Of a stretch of 64,000 bases of DNA, positions 49,507 to 58,175 are shown piece by piece. A program made the translations under genes and the position numbers. Every line of letters starts with the position of its first letter. The stretch's first letter is position 1. This DNA comes from Candidatus Hadarchaeum sp. Lineage in GTDB: Archaea; Hadarchaeota; Hadarchaeia; Hadarchaeales; Hadarchaeaceae. The notes beneath the pieces were generated by a model that worked only from the letters and a program-made list of their open reading frames with translations, was not told where the DNA came from and ran no database searches. The stretch is from NCBI RefSeq assembly GCF_038871235.1, contig NZ_JAVZIN010000007.1, forward strand, positions 22,404 through 86,403. The letters run 5' to 3'.

Positions 49507-49559
49507 GACGGAGCTGCAGGCTTATTTGGTAAAACATCTCAGGATGAAGTAGTGGGAAA

Positions 49560-49892
49560 TTGGTGAAAAAACAAGAAAATGAGCTAGCTAAGAAGGTTAG
49601 TAAAGTTGCGGATTTGGTGGACTATCAGGAGGGTTCTGTGGTTAGCCGCGAGATAATCAGGAAGGGGACAGGCACGGTCACGTTGTTTGCCTTCGATAAG
49701 GGTCAGGGCCTGAGCGAGCACACCGCACCCTACGATGCCTTGGTGCAGGTCGTCGATGGCGAGGCGGAGGTCACCATCTCTAAGAAGAAATATCGCCTGA
49801 GTTCGGGGGAGATAATACTGATGCCCGCCAACGAGCCGCACGCACTGTTCGCCCGCGAGCGTTTTAAGATGCTCCTGACGATGATCCGCTGA
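49560..49892 (+). CDS. Cupin domain protein
   Basis: YQ.GSVVS, TLFAFD.GQ.LSEH, MPAN.PHAL.A, FKMLL. Confidence 0.9.
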   Translation: MVKKQENELAKKVSKVADLVDYQEGSVVSREIIRKGTGTVTLFAFDKGQGLSEHTAPYDALVQVVDGEAEVTISKKKYRLSSGEIILMPANEPHALFARERFKMLLTMIR

Positions 49893-50015
49893 TCTGCTAG
49901 AAAAAGCATGTCGGCTTTACTGTATTTTTAATGGCAGTTCTTTGTTTCATAGGGGTGGAGCAGAGAAACCCAAACAGTTATAGCCTTCAATTTTAATGAT
50001 GGTTTGGTCGATAGC

Positions 50016-50240
50016 ATGGGCAAGAAGTGGGGCCATTACAAACCCGGAGGGAGGAGCCAGCCAGTGCCATGTGTCTACTGCGGTCGAATGACACCGCGAA
50101 TCAAGGCAGTACCGGTTAGAAGGCATTATGGCATCGGAGACCTGCGGAGCATACCGGGCATTGATCGCAGACGGGTGTTTCTGCCGCACATGAAGGAATA
50201 TGCCTGCATTTCTTGTGCTAAACACCGCAAGCTAATTTGA
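50016..50240 (+). CDS. rps26e: Ribosomal protein eS26-like zinc-binding protein
   Basis: GR...V.C..CGR..P..KA and Y.CISCA.H.K.I, the eS26 CxxC...CxxC pattern; basic, 74 aa. Confidence 0.78.
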   Translation: MGKKWGHYKPGGRSQPVPCVYCGRMTPRIKAVPVRRHYGIGDLRSIPGIDRRRVFLPHMKEYACISCAKHRKLI

Positions 50241-50268
50241 TTTGCGATGTTGTTTTGGGCCGGATTTT

Positions 50269-51033
50269 TCAGCCTTTAGCTTTTTTCGTGCGGGCAGCTT
50301 TGATTGCTGTCACGATTTCCTTTATTCTGGCGTGCCTGTCAACGGACTGTTCCACCAGCGTCCCGGTCACGATGATGTCGGCGCCAGCCCGGACCCTCTC
50401 AGCCGCCGCCTCCGGAGTTTTGATTCCACCCCCCACGATTAAAATGACATCAGTAGCTTTTCGCACCGCTCGAATCATTTCAACCGGAACCGGCCGGTCG
50501 GCGCCAGAGCCGGCCTCGAGATACACCAGCCGCATTCCGAAAAATTGTGCTGCCAGCGCGTAGGCAACGGCGAGTTCTTTGTCATCGCGCGGGATCAGCT
50601 CGGCCTTACCCACCCGGCCAACAGCGCCTCCGGGTTCCACGACCAGGTAGGCCATAGAGATAGGCTCTAGGCCAAGCTTTTTGACGACCGGTGCTCCTAA
50701 CCTCTGGGCTCCTGTGATGTAGTAGGTGTCGCGGGAGTTGAGCATGCTCATGAAGAAGATGGCATCGGCATGAGCGCTGATGCCGGTCTCGTTGGCGGGG
50801 AAGAGAATGACTGGAAGGTCGGTATTTTCCTTTATCGAGATCACGGTGTCGTCGAGCCGCTTGCCGCCAGCACGGGTCGACCCACCGACCATGATTCCAT
50901 CGGTTCCGGCAGCATCGGCTTCCCAGGCCATTTTCCCCGCTTCTTCAGGCGATTGTTTTTCTGGATCGATGAGAGTTAGGTGAGCAGCGCCATGAAGTGA
51001 TATGATGCGCCTCAGTCTCTCCTCTACCTTCAT
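50269..51033 (-). CDS. Geranylgeranylglyceryl phosphate synthase (group II)
   Basis: [36 protein letters not shown]. Start reassigned to ATG at 51033. Confidence 0.95.
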   Translation of the reverse strand: MKVEERLRRIISLHGAAHLTLIDPEKQSPEEAGKMAWEADAAGTDGIMVGGSTRAGGKRLDDTVISIKENTDLPVILFPANETGISAHADAIFFMSMLNSRDTYYITGAQRLGAPVVKKLGLEPISMAYLVVEPGGAVGRVGKAELIPRDDKELAVAYALAAQFFGMRLVYLEAGSGADRPVPVEMIRAVRKATDVILIVGGGIKTPEAAAERVRAGADIIVTGTLVEQSVDRHARIKEIVTAIKAARTKKAKG

Positions 51034-51176
51034 CCTCGTGGCTCCTTGCTCTTGGGCCTGAGACCGGAGTAACCGCACTTTCGGCACTTGGTGGCCTTGA
51101 TTGGATTGTGGGCATTGCATCGCATGCAGATCTTGGTGTTGAACAGGCGCCTCTCCGCGACATCAAACCTTGCCAT
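51030..51176 (-). CDS. rpl40e: 50S ribosomal protein L40e (absent from ORF track)
   Basis: Translated by hand: [52 protein letters not shown] overlap with GGGPS. Confidence 0.95.
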   Translation of the reverse strand: MARFDVAERRLFNTKICMRCNAHNPIKATKCRKCGYSGLRPKSKEPRG

Positions 51177-51180
51177 GATT

Positions 51181-52074
51181 TCACCCCTTGTTCCTTACCT
51201 CCTTGAACACTTCAGGTATTTTATTGATTACGTCTGAGGCTAAGAATTCGTAACCACTCTCCCTGAGACACAAGTCTCCGGCCCTCCCGCAGACCCAGGC
51301 ACCGGCGGCAGCGGCCCTGAAAGGGTCGACTCCCTGCGACAGAAAGGCGCCGACTATTCCTGAGAGGACATCTCCAGTGCCACCCACGGTCATGCCGGGA
51401 TTGCCCGTGTAGTTGAGCTTCAGCTCACCCTTCGCCGAGGCAATGATGTCCACGTGTCCCTTGAGCAGGATCACGCATCCCAGCTCTTGCGCCGCTTTGC
51501 TGACGAGCTTGATGCGACCATTCAGCTCGGCGGGTAAGATCTGGCCGGTTAATGTTTTGAATTCACCGGCGTGGGGCGTCATCACCCAAGGCATGTTGTT
51601 AATTAATCCAGTTTCATTGCCCAGAGCTTTGAAGGCATCGGCATCGAACAGTGCTGGTAGTTTCGGGTGCTCATCCCCCAGCAGGTGCGCCAGCTTGGTA
51701 ACGGCCTCTAGAGTTTCCGGCCGTGCGCCTAGGCCGGGGCCGATGACGACAGCGGTTGAATTTTTCAGCTCTTGAGAAATATCGGGAACCGCTGAGGGCT
51801 CCAGGTCTTGACATCGGAGCTTGATTGTGATCAGGTCCGGTGAGAGTGAATTTATGGTCCAGGCCGTTTTCTCAGGAGCGGCAATTATGGCCAGATCAAC
51901 GCCGCAACGCAGCGCCGCTAGGCCGACCAACGTTGGAGCACCCACGTAGCGAGAACTTCCGCCCACGACGAGCAACCTGCCGAAATCACCCTTGTGGGCC
52001 TCGGCTCTTCGTTCGGGTATGGCTGTGCGTACATATTTCCGGTCGACCCGAGATATTCTTACCATAGTTACCAA
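51181..52074 (-). CDS. nnrD: NAD(P)H-hydrate dehydratase (stand-alone NnrD)
   Basis: [41 protein letters not shown]. Confidence 0.93.
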   Translation of the reverse strand: MVTMVRISRVDRKYVRTAIPERRAEAHKGDFGRLLVVGGSSRYVGAPTLVGLAALRCGVDLAIIAAPEKTAWTINSLSPDLITIKLRCQDLEPSAVPDISQELKNSTAVVIGPGLGARPETLEAVTKLAHLLGDEHPKLPALFDADAFKALGNETGLINNMPWVMTPHAGEFKTLTGQILPAELNGRIKLVSKAAQELGCVILLKGHVDIIASAKGELKLNYTGNPGMTVGGTGDVLSGIVGAFLSQGVDPFRAAAAGAWVCGRAGDLCLRESGYEFLASDVINKIPEVFKEVRNKG

Positions 52075-52216
52075 AACTAAAGACGCGGGGCCGGGGTTAA
52101 ATAGTATGCTAAGGCGGCGGGCGCGGTGGTTTCATTAGAGACGTGGCGAGGACATTCGAGCCAACGACTTTTTTCGCTTGGGCAAATTGCTATAAAGAAC
52201 GCGCTCTGATGCAATC

Positions 52217-52942
52217 TTGAGAGATACCTTGATAAAAGTGGTGGCTGTAAACGGAAGCGTCCGTATGGAAAAGAGCGATACAGCGATGCTTCTGGGACCG
52301 TTTCTTGAAGGTATGGAGAAGGCAGGTGCCTCTGTTGAGCTGTTTTATGTAAAGCGCCTAAACATCAGGCCTTGCATTGGAGACTTCTATTGCTGGAACA
52401 CAAAACCTGGTGAGTGCATTATCTCTGACGATATGCAAATACTTTACCCTAAGCTACGCGGCGCAGATATTCTCGTTCTGGCCACGCCTGTCTATATTCC
52501 CCTTCCCGGTGAGATGCAAAATTTCATTAACAGACTTTGTCCTTTAAGTCCTTTAATAGAACCCATCTTGGAGAAACATGAGGGCAGTACCCGAGCTAGA
52601 TTTCATGAGAATGTTAGGATAAGAAAGATCGTGCTTGTGTCCGCATCTGGTTGGTGGGAATTAGGCAACTTCGGAATCGTGCTTCACATCGCTGAGGAGA
52701 TTGCAAAGAAGGTAGGTGTTGAATTTGCTGGTGCAGTTCTCCGGCCTCATGCATTCCTCATGAGAGAAAACAAAGAAAAAGCCGAAATAATCAAAGACGC
52801 GTTAAAACATGCTGGTTTTCAACTTATAAAAGACGGAAAAATGAGTGAAGACATTCTTGACAAAATCAGCCAACCACTCATATCTGAAGAGGATCTTAGG
52901 CAAAGATACAACGAACCGTACATGAAAATAAAGCACGGGTAA
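52217..52942 (+). CDS. Iron-sulfur flavoprotein-like flavodoxin family protein
   Basis: NGS.R, PCIGDFYCW..PG.C...DDM, ATPVY, F..R. Confidence 0.85.
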   Translation: MRDTLIKVVAVNGSVRMEKSDTAMLLGPFLEGMEKAGASVELFYVKRLNIRPCIGDFYCWNTKPGECIISDDMQILYPKLRGADILVLATPVYIPLPGEMQNFINRLCPLSPLIEPILEKHEGSTRARFHENVRIRKIVLVSASGWWELGNFGIVLHIAEEIAKKVGVEFAGAVLRPHAFLMRENKEKAEIIKDALKHAGFQLIKDGKMSEDILDKISQPLISEEDLRQRYNEPYMKIKHG

Positions 52943-52974
52943 ACGCTTAGCTAAAGATTACTATGGACAGAATT

Positions 52975-53097
52975 TGGTGCCGGGGGCGGGAATTGAACCC
53001 GCGGCCTCGAGATTTCCTACATCATCCCGTAGTTCAGCACTCAAAGCTGCGGTTGAAGCTATGAGTCTCGCGCTCTGACCAGCTGAGCTACCCCGGC
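52975..53097 (-). tRNA. tRNA-Met(CAT), elongator type, with 46-nt intron at 37/38 (53014-53059) and encoded CCA
   Basis: GCCGGGG/CCCCGGC acceptor stem, CGAGA-CTCATA^A-TCTCG anticodon arm, GTTCAATTC T-loop; 77 nt after splicing. Confidence 0.95.
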
Positions 53098-53146
53098 TCA
53101 TAGAGATTTCTGCTATCAAATCCTTAAGCCTTTTTTGGTGTCAGTT

Positions 53147-53857
53147 TTATCTTCTGGGTTCATTCTTCTTCAAAAAATTCAGGAAGCTTTTCTTGTCCCG
53201 TAAAACCACGCAGCCGCTTTCGCAGCCGACGTAGAGCACATCCGCGAGGCCGGCGAAGATGCCGTTGTCAACTACTCCGGGGAGGCTGTTAATCTTCTGT
53301 TCCAGTTTTGCCGCGTTGGTGATCCTGCTGCACCACACCTCGATGAGATAATTTCCGTTGTCGGTTATGATCGGCTCGTTGTTTTCCGTCTTGAGGCGGG
53401 GGTTGCCGAGCGCAGCCAGCTTTTTTATCGCGTAGTCCTTGGCGAAGGGCAGAACCTCCACCGGGACGGGAAAACGCTGTCCCAGCCTTCTGACCAGCTT
53501 GGTCTTGTCAATGATGATGGCCACCTTCCTCGCAGCCCCGGCGATGATTTTCTCACGCGTGTGAGCCCCGCCATGGCCCTTTATCATGTCGAAGTTTGGG
53601 TCGACCTCGTCGGCACCGTCTATGGTCAGGTCGAGCCTGTCGTGGTTTTTGAAACTGGTCAGCTCTAGACCTCGCTCTTTAGCCAGCCTCTCGGAAGTTG
53701 AGGACGCGGCGAGATAAACCGCGTTTGGTTTTAGTTCAGACAGCGCTTCGATCAACTTGGCCACGGTGGTCCCTGAACCTAGCCCCACTACCATGCCATC
53801 CCGAACAAGCTTGGCCGCTTCGCGCGCCGCCGCCTCTTTCCAGCTCTCGGTGTCCAC
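53147..53857 (-). CDS. rpiA: Ribose-5-phosphate isomerase A
   Basis: VGLGSGTT, IDGADEVD, IKG.GGA..REK, PVEV, TDNGN. Confidence 0.96.
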   Translation of the reverse strand: MDTESWKEAAAREAAKLVRDGMVVGLGSGTTVAKLIEALSELKPNAVYLAASSTSERLAKERGLELTSFKNHDRLDLTIDGADEVDPNFDMIKGHGGAHTREKIIAGAARKVAIIIDKTKLVRRLGQRFPVPVEVLPFAKDYAIKKLAALGNPRLKTENNEPIITDNGNYLIEVWCSRITNAAKLEQKINSLPGVVDNGIFAGLADVLYVGCESGCVVLRDKKSFLNFLKKNEPRR

Positions 53858-53931
53858 GCAAATCAGAATTAAATGTTCATTTGGGCCTTAAAGATTTAAG
53901 TAGAAAATGATAATATGAAATCGGTGGCACG

Positions 53932-54462
53932 ATGAAACGAGTGATTCCGGTTAGTGAGGCCATGAGAACCGAAGTTTTGACGGTGCCGAGGGGAACCAAC
54001 GTTGCCCGGGCCGCCAAGCTGATGGCGAGCAAGGATGTCGGCAGCATTGTGGTGGTTGATGGCAAGAAGCCCGTGGGTATTTTGACCGAGAAGGATCTCT
54101 TGATGAAGGTCGTCAGCGAGGACCTCAAGCCGAGCAAGATCCGAGTGGGGAAGATAATGTCTGCTCCCCTGATCACGATTGGCCCTGACGTTGACATCGT
54201 TGAAGCCGCCAAGATTATGGCCAGCCACAAGATCCGCCGGATTCCGGTGGTAAAAAATGGAAAGCTGGTCGGCATCGTCACCTCCTCAGATATCACCGCC
54301 ATATCACCGGCGCTCTCAGAGCTGATGGCCCATCCGGAGAGAGTTCCAGAGGAGCGGGTGGATCAGAGCGTTTGTGAGAACTGCGGTGAGGTCACCCCCG
54401 ACCTCTATGAAGTTAATGGCATGTGGGTATGTGAGAATTGTCGTGATTCGATGGGCGAGTAG
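53932..54462 (+). CDS. CBS-pair protein with C-terminal zinc ribbon
   Basis: Two CBS repeats plus CENCG...VCENC. Confidence 0.92.
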   Translation: MKRVIPVSEAMRTEVLTVPRGTNVARAAKLMASKDVGSIVVVDGKKPVGILTEKDLLMKVVSEDLKPSKIRVGKIMSAPLITIGPDVDIVEAAKIMASHKIRRIPVVKNGKLVGIVTSSDITAISPALSELMAHPERVPEERVDQSVCENCGEVTPDLYEVNGMWVCENCRDSMGE

Positions 54463-54467
54463 ATGGT

Positions 54468-55289
54468 GTGATGGCATGCCGTGACGCGCTCAGCGGCGTG
54501 AAAGTTGAAGATGTGATGAGACCCTGCAGCATATTTGTATCCTCTAATGATCTGGTCACCAAGGCGCGAGCGGTAATGCGTTCCACTGGACTCAGGAGTC
54601 TTCCGGTCATCGATGGGGGAAGGCTTGCTGGGATCGTGACCATCAAGGATATCCTGCAGGTCACCTCGACCCGCTCCAACATCGCCGTTTCTGGGATAAT
54701 GTCGCCTTCCAAGCTGGTGGCCACTCCTTCGATGTCTCTCGTCGATCTGGCTAGACAGATGGTTGGCTTGGAGGTTTCCGATGTTCCCGTGGTAAAAAGT
54801 CTTAGCGATCGAACGGTGGTCGGTTTGGTGAGGCTTGACGACCTGCTGGCACAGATCTCCGGCAAAATTTCTCCGGGGAGAAAGGTGGAGGAGGTGATGG
54901 TAACAGATGTGGTTACCTGTGAGCCTGAGGATGAAGTTTCCAAAATTTGGGATCTGATGGAGAAGACAAATTGTTCCGGACTGCCCGTGATTCGACCTGA
55001 CAAGCGACGGAGGGCGAGGCAGGTTTTGGGGATGGTTACCCGCTCCGATATAATCAGGTCAGGCAAGATCAGGCTCTCAGAGGAGTCCGACAAGGGGCGT
55101 TTCAAGTCGCCGCCAAAGGTGAAATCGGTGATGAGGACGCCGGCGATAGTGGTCTCGCCTCAGACGCCAATTACTACTGCTATCGACTTGATGCTGGAGA
55201 AAAAAATCGGGAGGCTGGCGGTAGTGATGGATGAAAATCTGGTGGGAATTTTGAGCCGCTCGGACATCATCAGGTTCGCCTGCGGGTGA
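54468..55289 (+). CDS. Four-CBS-domain protein
   Basis: Four repeats of M...LPV...G(I/L/M)(V/L)T..D. Confidence 0.92.
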   Translation: MMACRDALSGVKVEDVMRPCSIFVSSNDLVTKARAVMRSTGLRSLPVIDGGRLAGIVTIKDILQVTSTRSNIAVSGIMSPSKLVATPSMSLVDLARQMVGLEVSDVPVVKSLSDRTVVGLVRLDDLLAQISGKISPGRKVEEVMVTDVVTCEPEDEVSKIWDLMEKTNCSGLPVIRPDKRRRARQVLGMVTRSDIIRSGKIRLSEESDKGRFKSPPKVKSVMRTPAIVVSPQTPITTAIDLMLEKKIGRLAVVMDENLVGILSRSDIIRFACG

Positions 55290-55293
55290 TCAT

Positions 55294-56193
55294 GTGCGAA
55301 GGATGCCCCACTACAAATCCCTTGATCGCGGCCCGGTCGATTTTAAGTCACGCGTTCACCGCAAGGAGGGCGACATAATGACCATCGCCAAGAAGTCGGT
55401 GATTTCAGTGCCCCAGACGATGAGAATAAAAAATGCCGTGGACCTGATGGTGAAGGAGGGAATAAGGAGACTGCCGGTGACCGAGCCCGGAACCAAGAGG
55501 TTGATCGGCGTCGTCAGGACTAGGGACATTCTGGAGTTCCTCGGAGGCGGGGAGAAGTTCAACATCGTCAAGGTGAAGTTCGGTGGCAACTTCCTAGCGG
55601 CGGTGAACGAGCCAGTGAAGATGGTCATGGAGAGGGACCTAACCTACGGCACCAGCCGCATGTCGATAACTGAGGTCGCCCGGCTCATCCTCGATCGGGG
55701 AGTTGGTGGGGTCCCGATTCTGGACGATGACAAAAAAATAGTCGGGATTGTTTCAGAGCGTGATTTTCTCCCGTTTATCCCGGAGGTAACCGGAGCCAAG
55801 GTGAGCTACTATATGTCCCGCCACGTCGCCACCGCAGAATCCTCCTTCAGCATTCTTGATGCCACGCGAACCATCGTTTCCCGGGGCTTTCGCCGGCTTC
55901 CCGTCGTTAGCGGCGGCAGGTTGGTGGGCATCGTAACGAGCATGGATATCCTGCGTTATCTCAGCTCCAACAAAATCTTTGACTACCTGAGCACTGAAAA
56001 ATTCGAGGACGCAATGTCAATCAGCGTTGAGAAGATAATGACCCAGGAGGTCTTCCGAGCCGCCCCTGAGATGGATGTCGGTGAGGCTGCTAGGATCATG
56101 CACCAGAGGGGTTGCGGCGGGTTGCCCGTCATCTCCGGTGATGAGCTGGTGGGGATAATTACCGAACACGATTTGATGAGGTTGTTGATTTGA
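55294..56193 (+). CDS. Four-CBS-domain protein
   Basis: RRLPV, D...FLGGG.K, GIVSERD, GIITEHD. Confidence 0.92.
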   Translation: MRRMPHYKSLDRGPVDFKSRVHRKEGDIMTIAKKSVISVPQTMRIKNAVDLMVKEGIRRLPVTEPGTKRLIGVVRTRDILEFLGGGEKFNIVKVKFGGNFLAAVNEPVKMVMERDLTYGTSRMSITEVARLILDRGVGGVPILDDDKKIVGIVSERDFLPFIPEVTGAKVSYYMSRHVATAESSFSILDATRTIVSRGFRRLPVVSGGRLVGIVTSMDILRYLSSNKIFDYLSTEKFEDAMSISVEKIMTQEVFRAAPEMDVGEAARIMHQRGCGGLPVISGDELVGIITEHDLMRLLI

Positions 56194-57050
56194 AGGTTAA
56201 GGAGCTGATGAGCGCGCCGGTGCTAGCGGTGAAGCCGACCGATACGGTTGCCCACGCGAGGAAGCTGATGCTGCGGGGTAAGGTGAAGCGGCTGGTGGTG
56301 ATGGAGAGGGGCCGGTTGGTCGGGCTGCTGACCGTGCGCGACATTATCGCCCGATTAAAGGCCAGCTCTCCGACTTGGCGCCTGCGAACCGTTGATAATG
56401 TTTTGGTTTCACGCGTCATGAGCGATGAGGTTCAGTCGGTATCCCCGGAGACAGATGTTAACAAGGCAGTGGCCATGATGCTCGACCGTGATGTCAGCAG
56501 CTTGGTGGTGATGGATGGAGATAAGGTGGTGGGAATTCTGACCAAAACCGATGTGGTGAGATATTTTTCAGAATCGCTGGAAAAGAGATTCCAAGTGAAA
56601 GATCTGATGAGCCGGGATGTCGTCACGGTTAGACGCAGCCAATCGGTGGCGCGCGTCGTGGAGCTGATGGAGGAATTCAACGTCAGGAGCGTGGTGGTGA
56701 CCGATGGAAAGAAGCCCGTTGGGGTGATCATGGACCGAGATTTAGCCTTTGCCCAGCTCGAACATCCGGAAAAAGGAGTGAAGGAGAAGGAGCTCAAGTA
56801 CACGAGAAAGGTGGAGAGGGGCGGCAGACCGCGGGGACGATATGTTAAATACGTGGCGCTGCTTACTGCTGATGATATCATGCGCCGGGACCAAGTAACA
56901 ATTAACCCCGAGGCCGATGCTGCCGTGGCGGCGGAGCTGATGATAAGGAGCGGGATTAGCGGCGTACCAGTAGTGAAGGGGGAGAAGCTGGTCGGGATCG
57001 TGACCAAGACCGACTTACTTAAAGGAGTGCGGAGGGCTGGGATTGGATGA
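56190..57050 (+). CDS. Four-CBS-domain protein
   Basis: HARKLM, GILTKTD, GIVTKTD; 4-nt overlap with upstream gene. Confidence 0.92.
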   Translation: MKVKELMSAPVLAVKPTDTVAHARKLMLRGKVKRLVVMERGRLVGLLTVRDIIARLKASSPTWRLRTVDNVLVSRVMSDEVQSVSPETDVNKAVAMMLDRDVSSLVVMDGDKVVGILTKTDVVRYFSESLEKRFQVKDLMSRDVVTVRRSQSVARVVELMEEFNVRSVVVTDGKKPVGVIMDRDLAFAQLEHPEKGVKEKELKYTRKVERGGRPRGRYVKYVALLTADDIMRRDQVTINPEADAAVAAELMIRSGISGVPVVKGEKLVGIVTKTDLLKGVRRAGIG

Positions 57051-57841
57051 GGGTCAGTCAGATAATGAGTTCACCTGTGATCGCTCTGGACAAGGATAGA
57101 TCTCTGGCCGATGCCATCGACTGCATGAGGCGGAAGCAGATCTCCAGAATCGTGGCTGTCGATAACGACCGCGTGGCAGGAATATTGACCGAAAAGGACA
57201 TCGTCCGGGAACTCGGCTCGTTGCATGCCTATCGATTACCTCCGAGCCGGTTACACATCTCCAGCGTCATGACCTCCGACCCCATCAGCGTGGCCCCGGA
57301 GGTCACGGCGAAGAGAGCCGCCGAGCTGATGCTGGATCACGATATCAGTGGACTCCCGGTGCTGGAAGGAGGGAAGTTGGTCGGCATCGTCACCAAGATG
57401 GACTTCGCCAAAGTTTGCATGGATTATGACGACGTTTACGTGGGGCAAGTCATGCAAGCCAGCCCCATCACGGTTTCTCCCGGCGACCGGGTGATTCACG
57501 CGCGGAAGCTTCTCTTGGAGGAGGAGATACTGGCCCTGCCCGTCGTGGAGAACAGGGTCCTCATCGGGATCGTGACAACTAGGGACGTGGCCATGAAGCT
57601 GGCGGCGTTTCAGGAGGTGGTTCCGGACAAGTACAAGAGTGAACGCATCAGGAACCTTCTGGTGGGGGACATCATGACGCAGCCGCCGACAACGGCCAGA
57701 ACCGACACCAAGCTACCTGAGTCCGCGAAGCTCATGCTGGAAAAGAGATTTTCCGCGCTCCCCGTTTTGAACCTCGACGGCGAGCTCGTCGGGCTGCTGA
57801 CTAAGACCGAGCTCACCGAGCTGGCGCGCGAAAGGCTTTAG
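57047..57841 (+). CDS. Four-CBS-domain protein
   Basis: GILTEKD, LH.SSVM, ISGLPV, HARKL, GLLTKT; ATGA overlap. Confidence 0.92.
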   Translation: MRVSQIMSSPVIALDKDRSLADAIDCMRRKQISRIVAVDNDRVAGILTEKDIVRELGSLHAYRLPPSRLHISSVMTSDPISVAPEVTAKRAAELMLDHDISGLPVLEGGKLVGIVTKMDFAKVCMDYDDVYVGQVMQASPITVSPGDRVIHARKLLLEEEILALPVVENRVLIGIVTTRDVAMKLAAFQEVVPDKYKSERIRNLLVGDIMTQPPTTARTDTKLPESAKLMLEKRFSALPVLNLDGELVGLLTKTELTELARERL

Positions 57842-57866
57842 TGGTCAATTCTGTAGTCTTCTTGGG

Positions 57867-57961
57867 GCGGCCGTGGTCCAGCCTGGTTAAAGCTAAATGC
57901 TGCCAAGAGACTCAGGCTTCCCAAGCCTGCTACGCGGGTTCGAATCCCGCCGGCCGCACCA
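57867..57961 (+). tRNA. tRNA-Gly(CCC) with non-canonical 18-nt intron at 21/22 (57890-57907) and encoded CCA
   Basis: GCGGCCG/CGGCCGC acceptor, CAGGC-TTCCCAA-GCCTG anticodon arm, GTTCGAATC. The D-loop insert folds as a BHB; mature length 77 nt. Confidence 0.92.
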
Positions 57962-58175
57962 CTATGAGGATTTGAATTCAACGCTAAAATTGAAATCAAC
58001 TTTCTACAAATACCAATTTTTATGGTTGCTTGGTTGGGTGTTGTTGTTGCGAGTCGCTATGGAGTTGGTTTATCGTCGAATTCACAAAAAAGGGTGTTTA
58101 AAACTTCATTTAGCTCCGTAGGTCGCATCGGCTTTATACGTATGGCCGTCCCAGTTAAAGCAAGAGGTTCTTCAT

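Noticed and set aside
52087-52096. GGGGCCGGGG resembling the tRNA-Met 3' end (possible att remnant)
   Set aside because: Only 9 of 10 low-complexity bases match and there is no integrase; chance is likely.
57897-58121. 74-aa ORF
   Set aside because: Overlaps tRNA-Gly and an AT-rich spacer; no motif.
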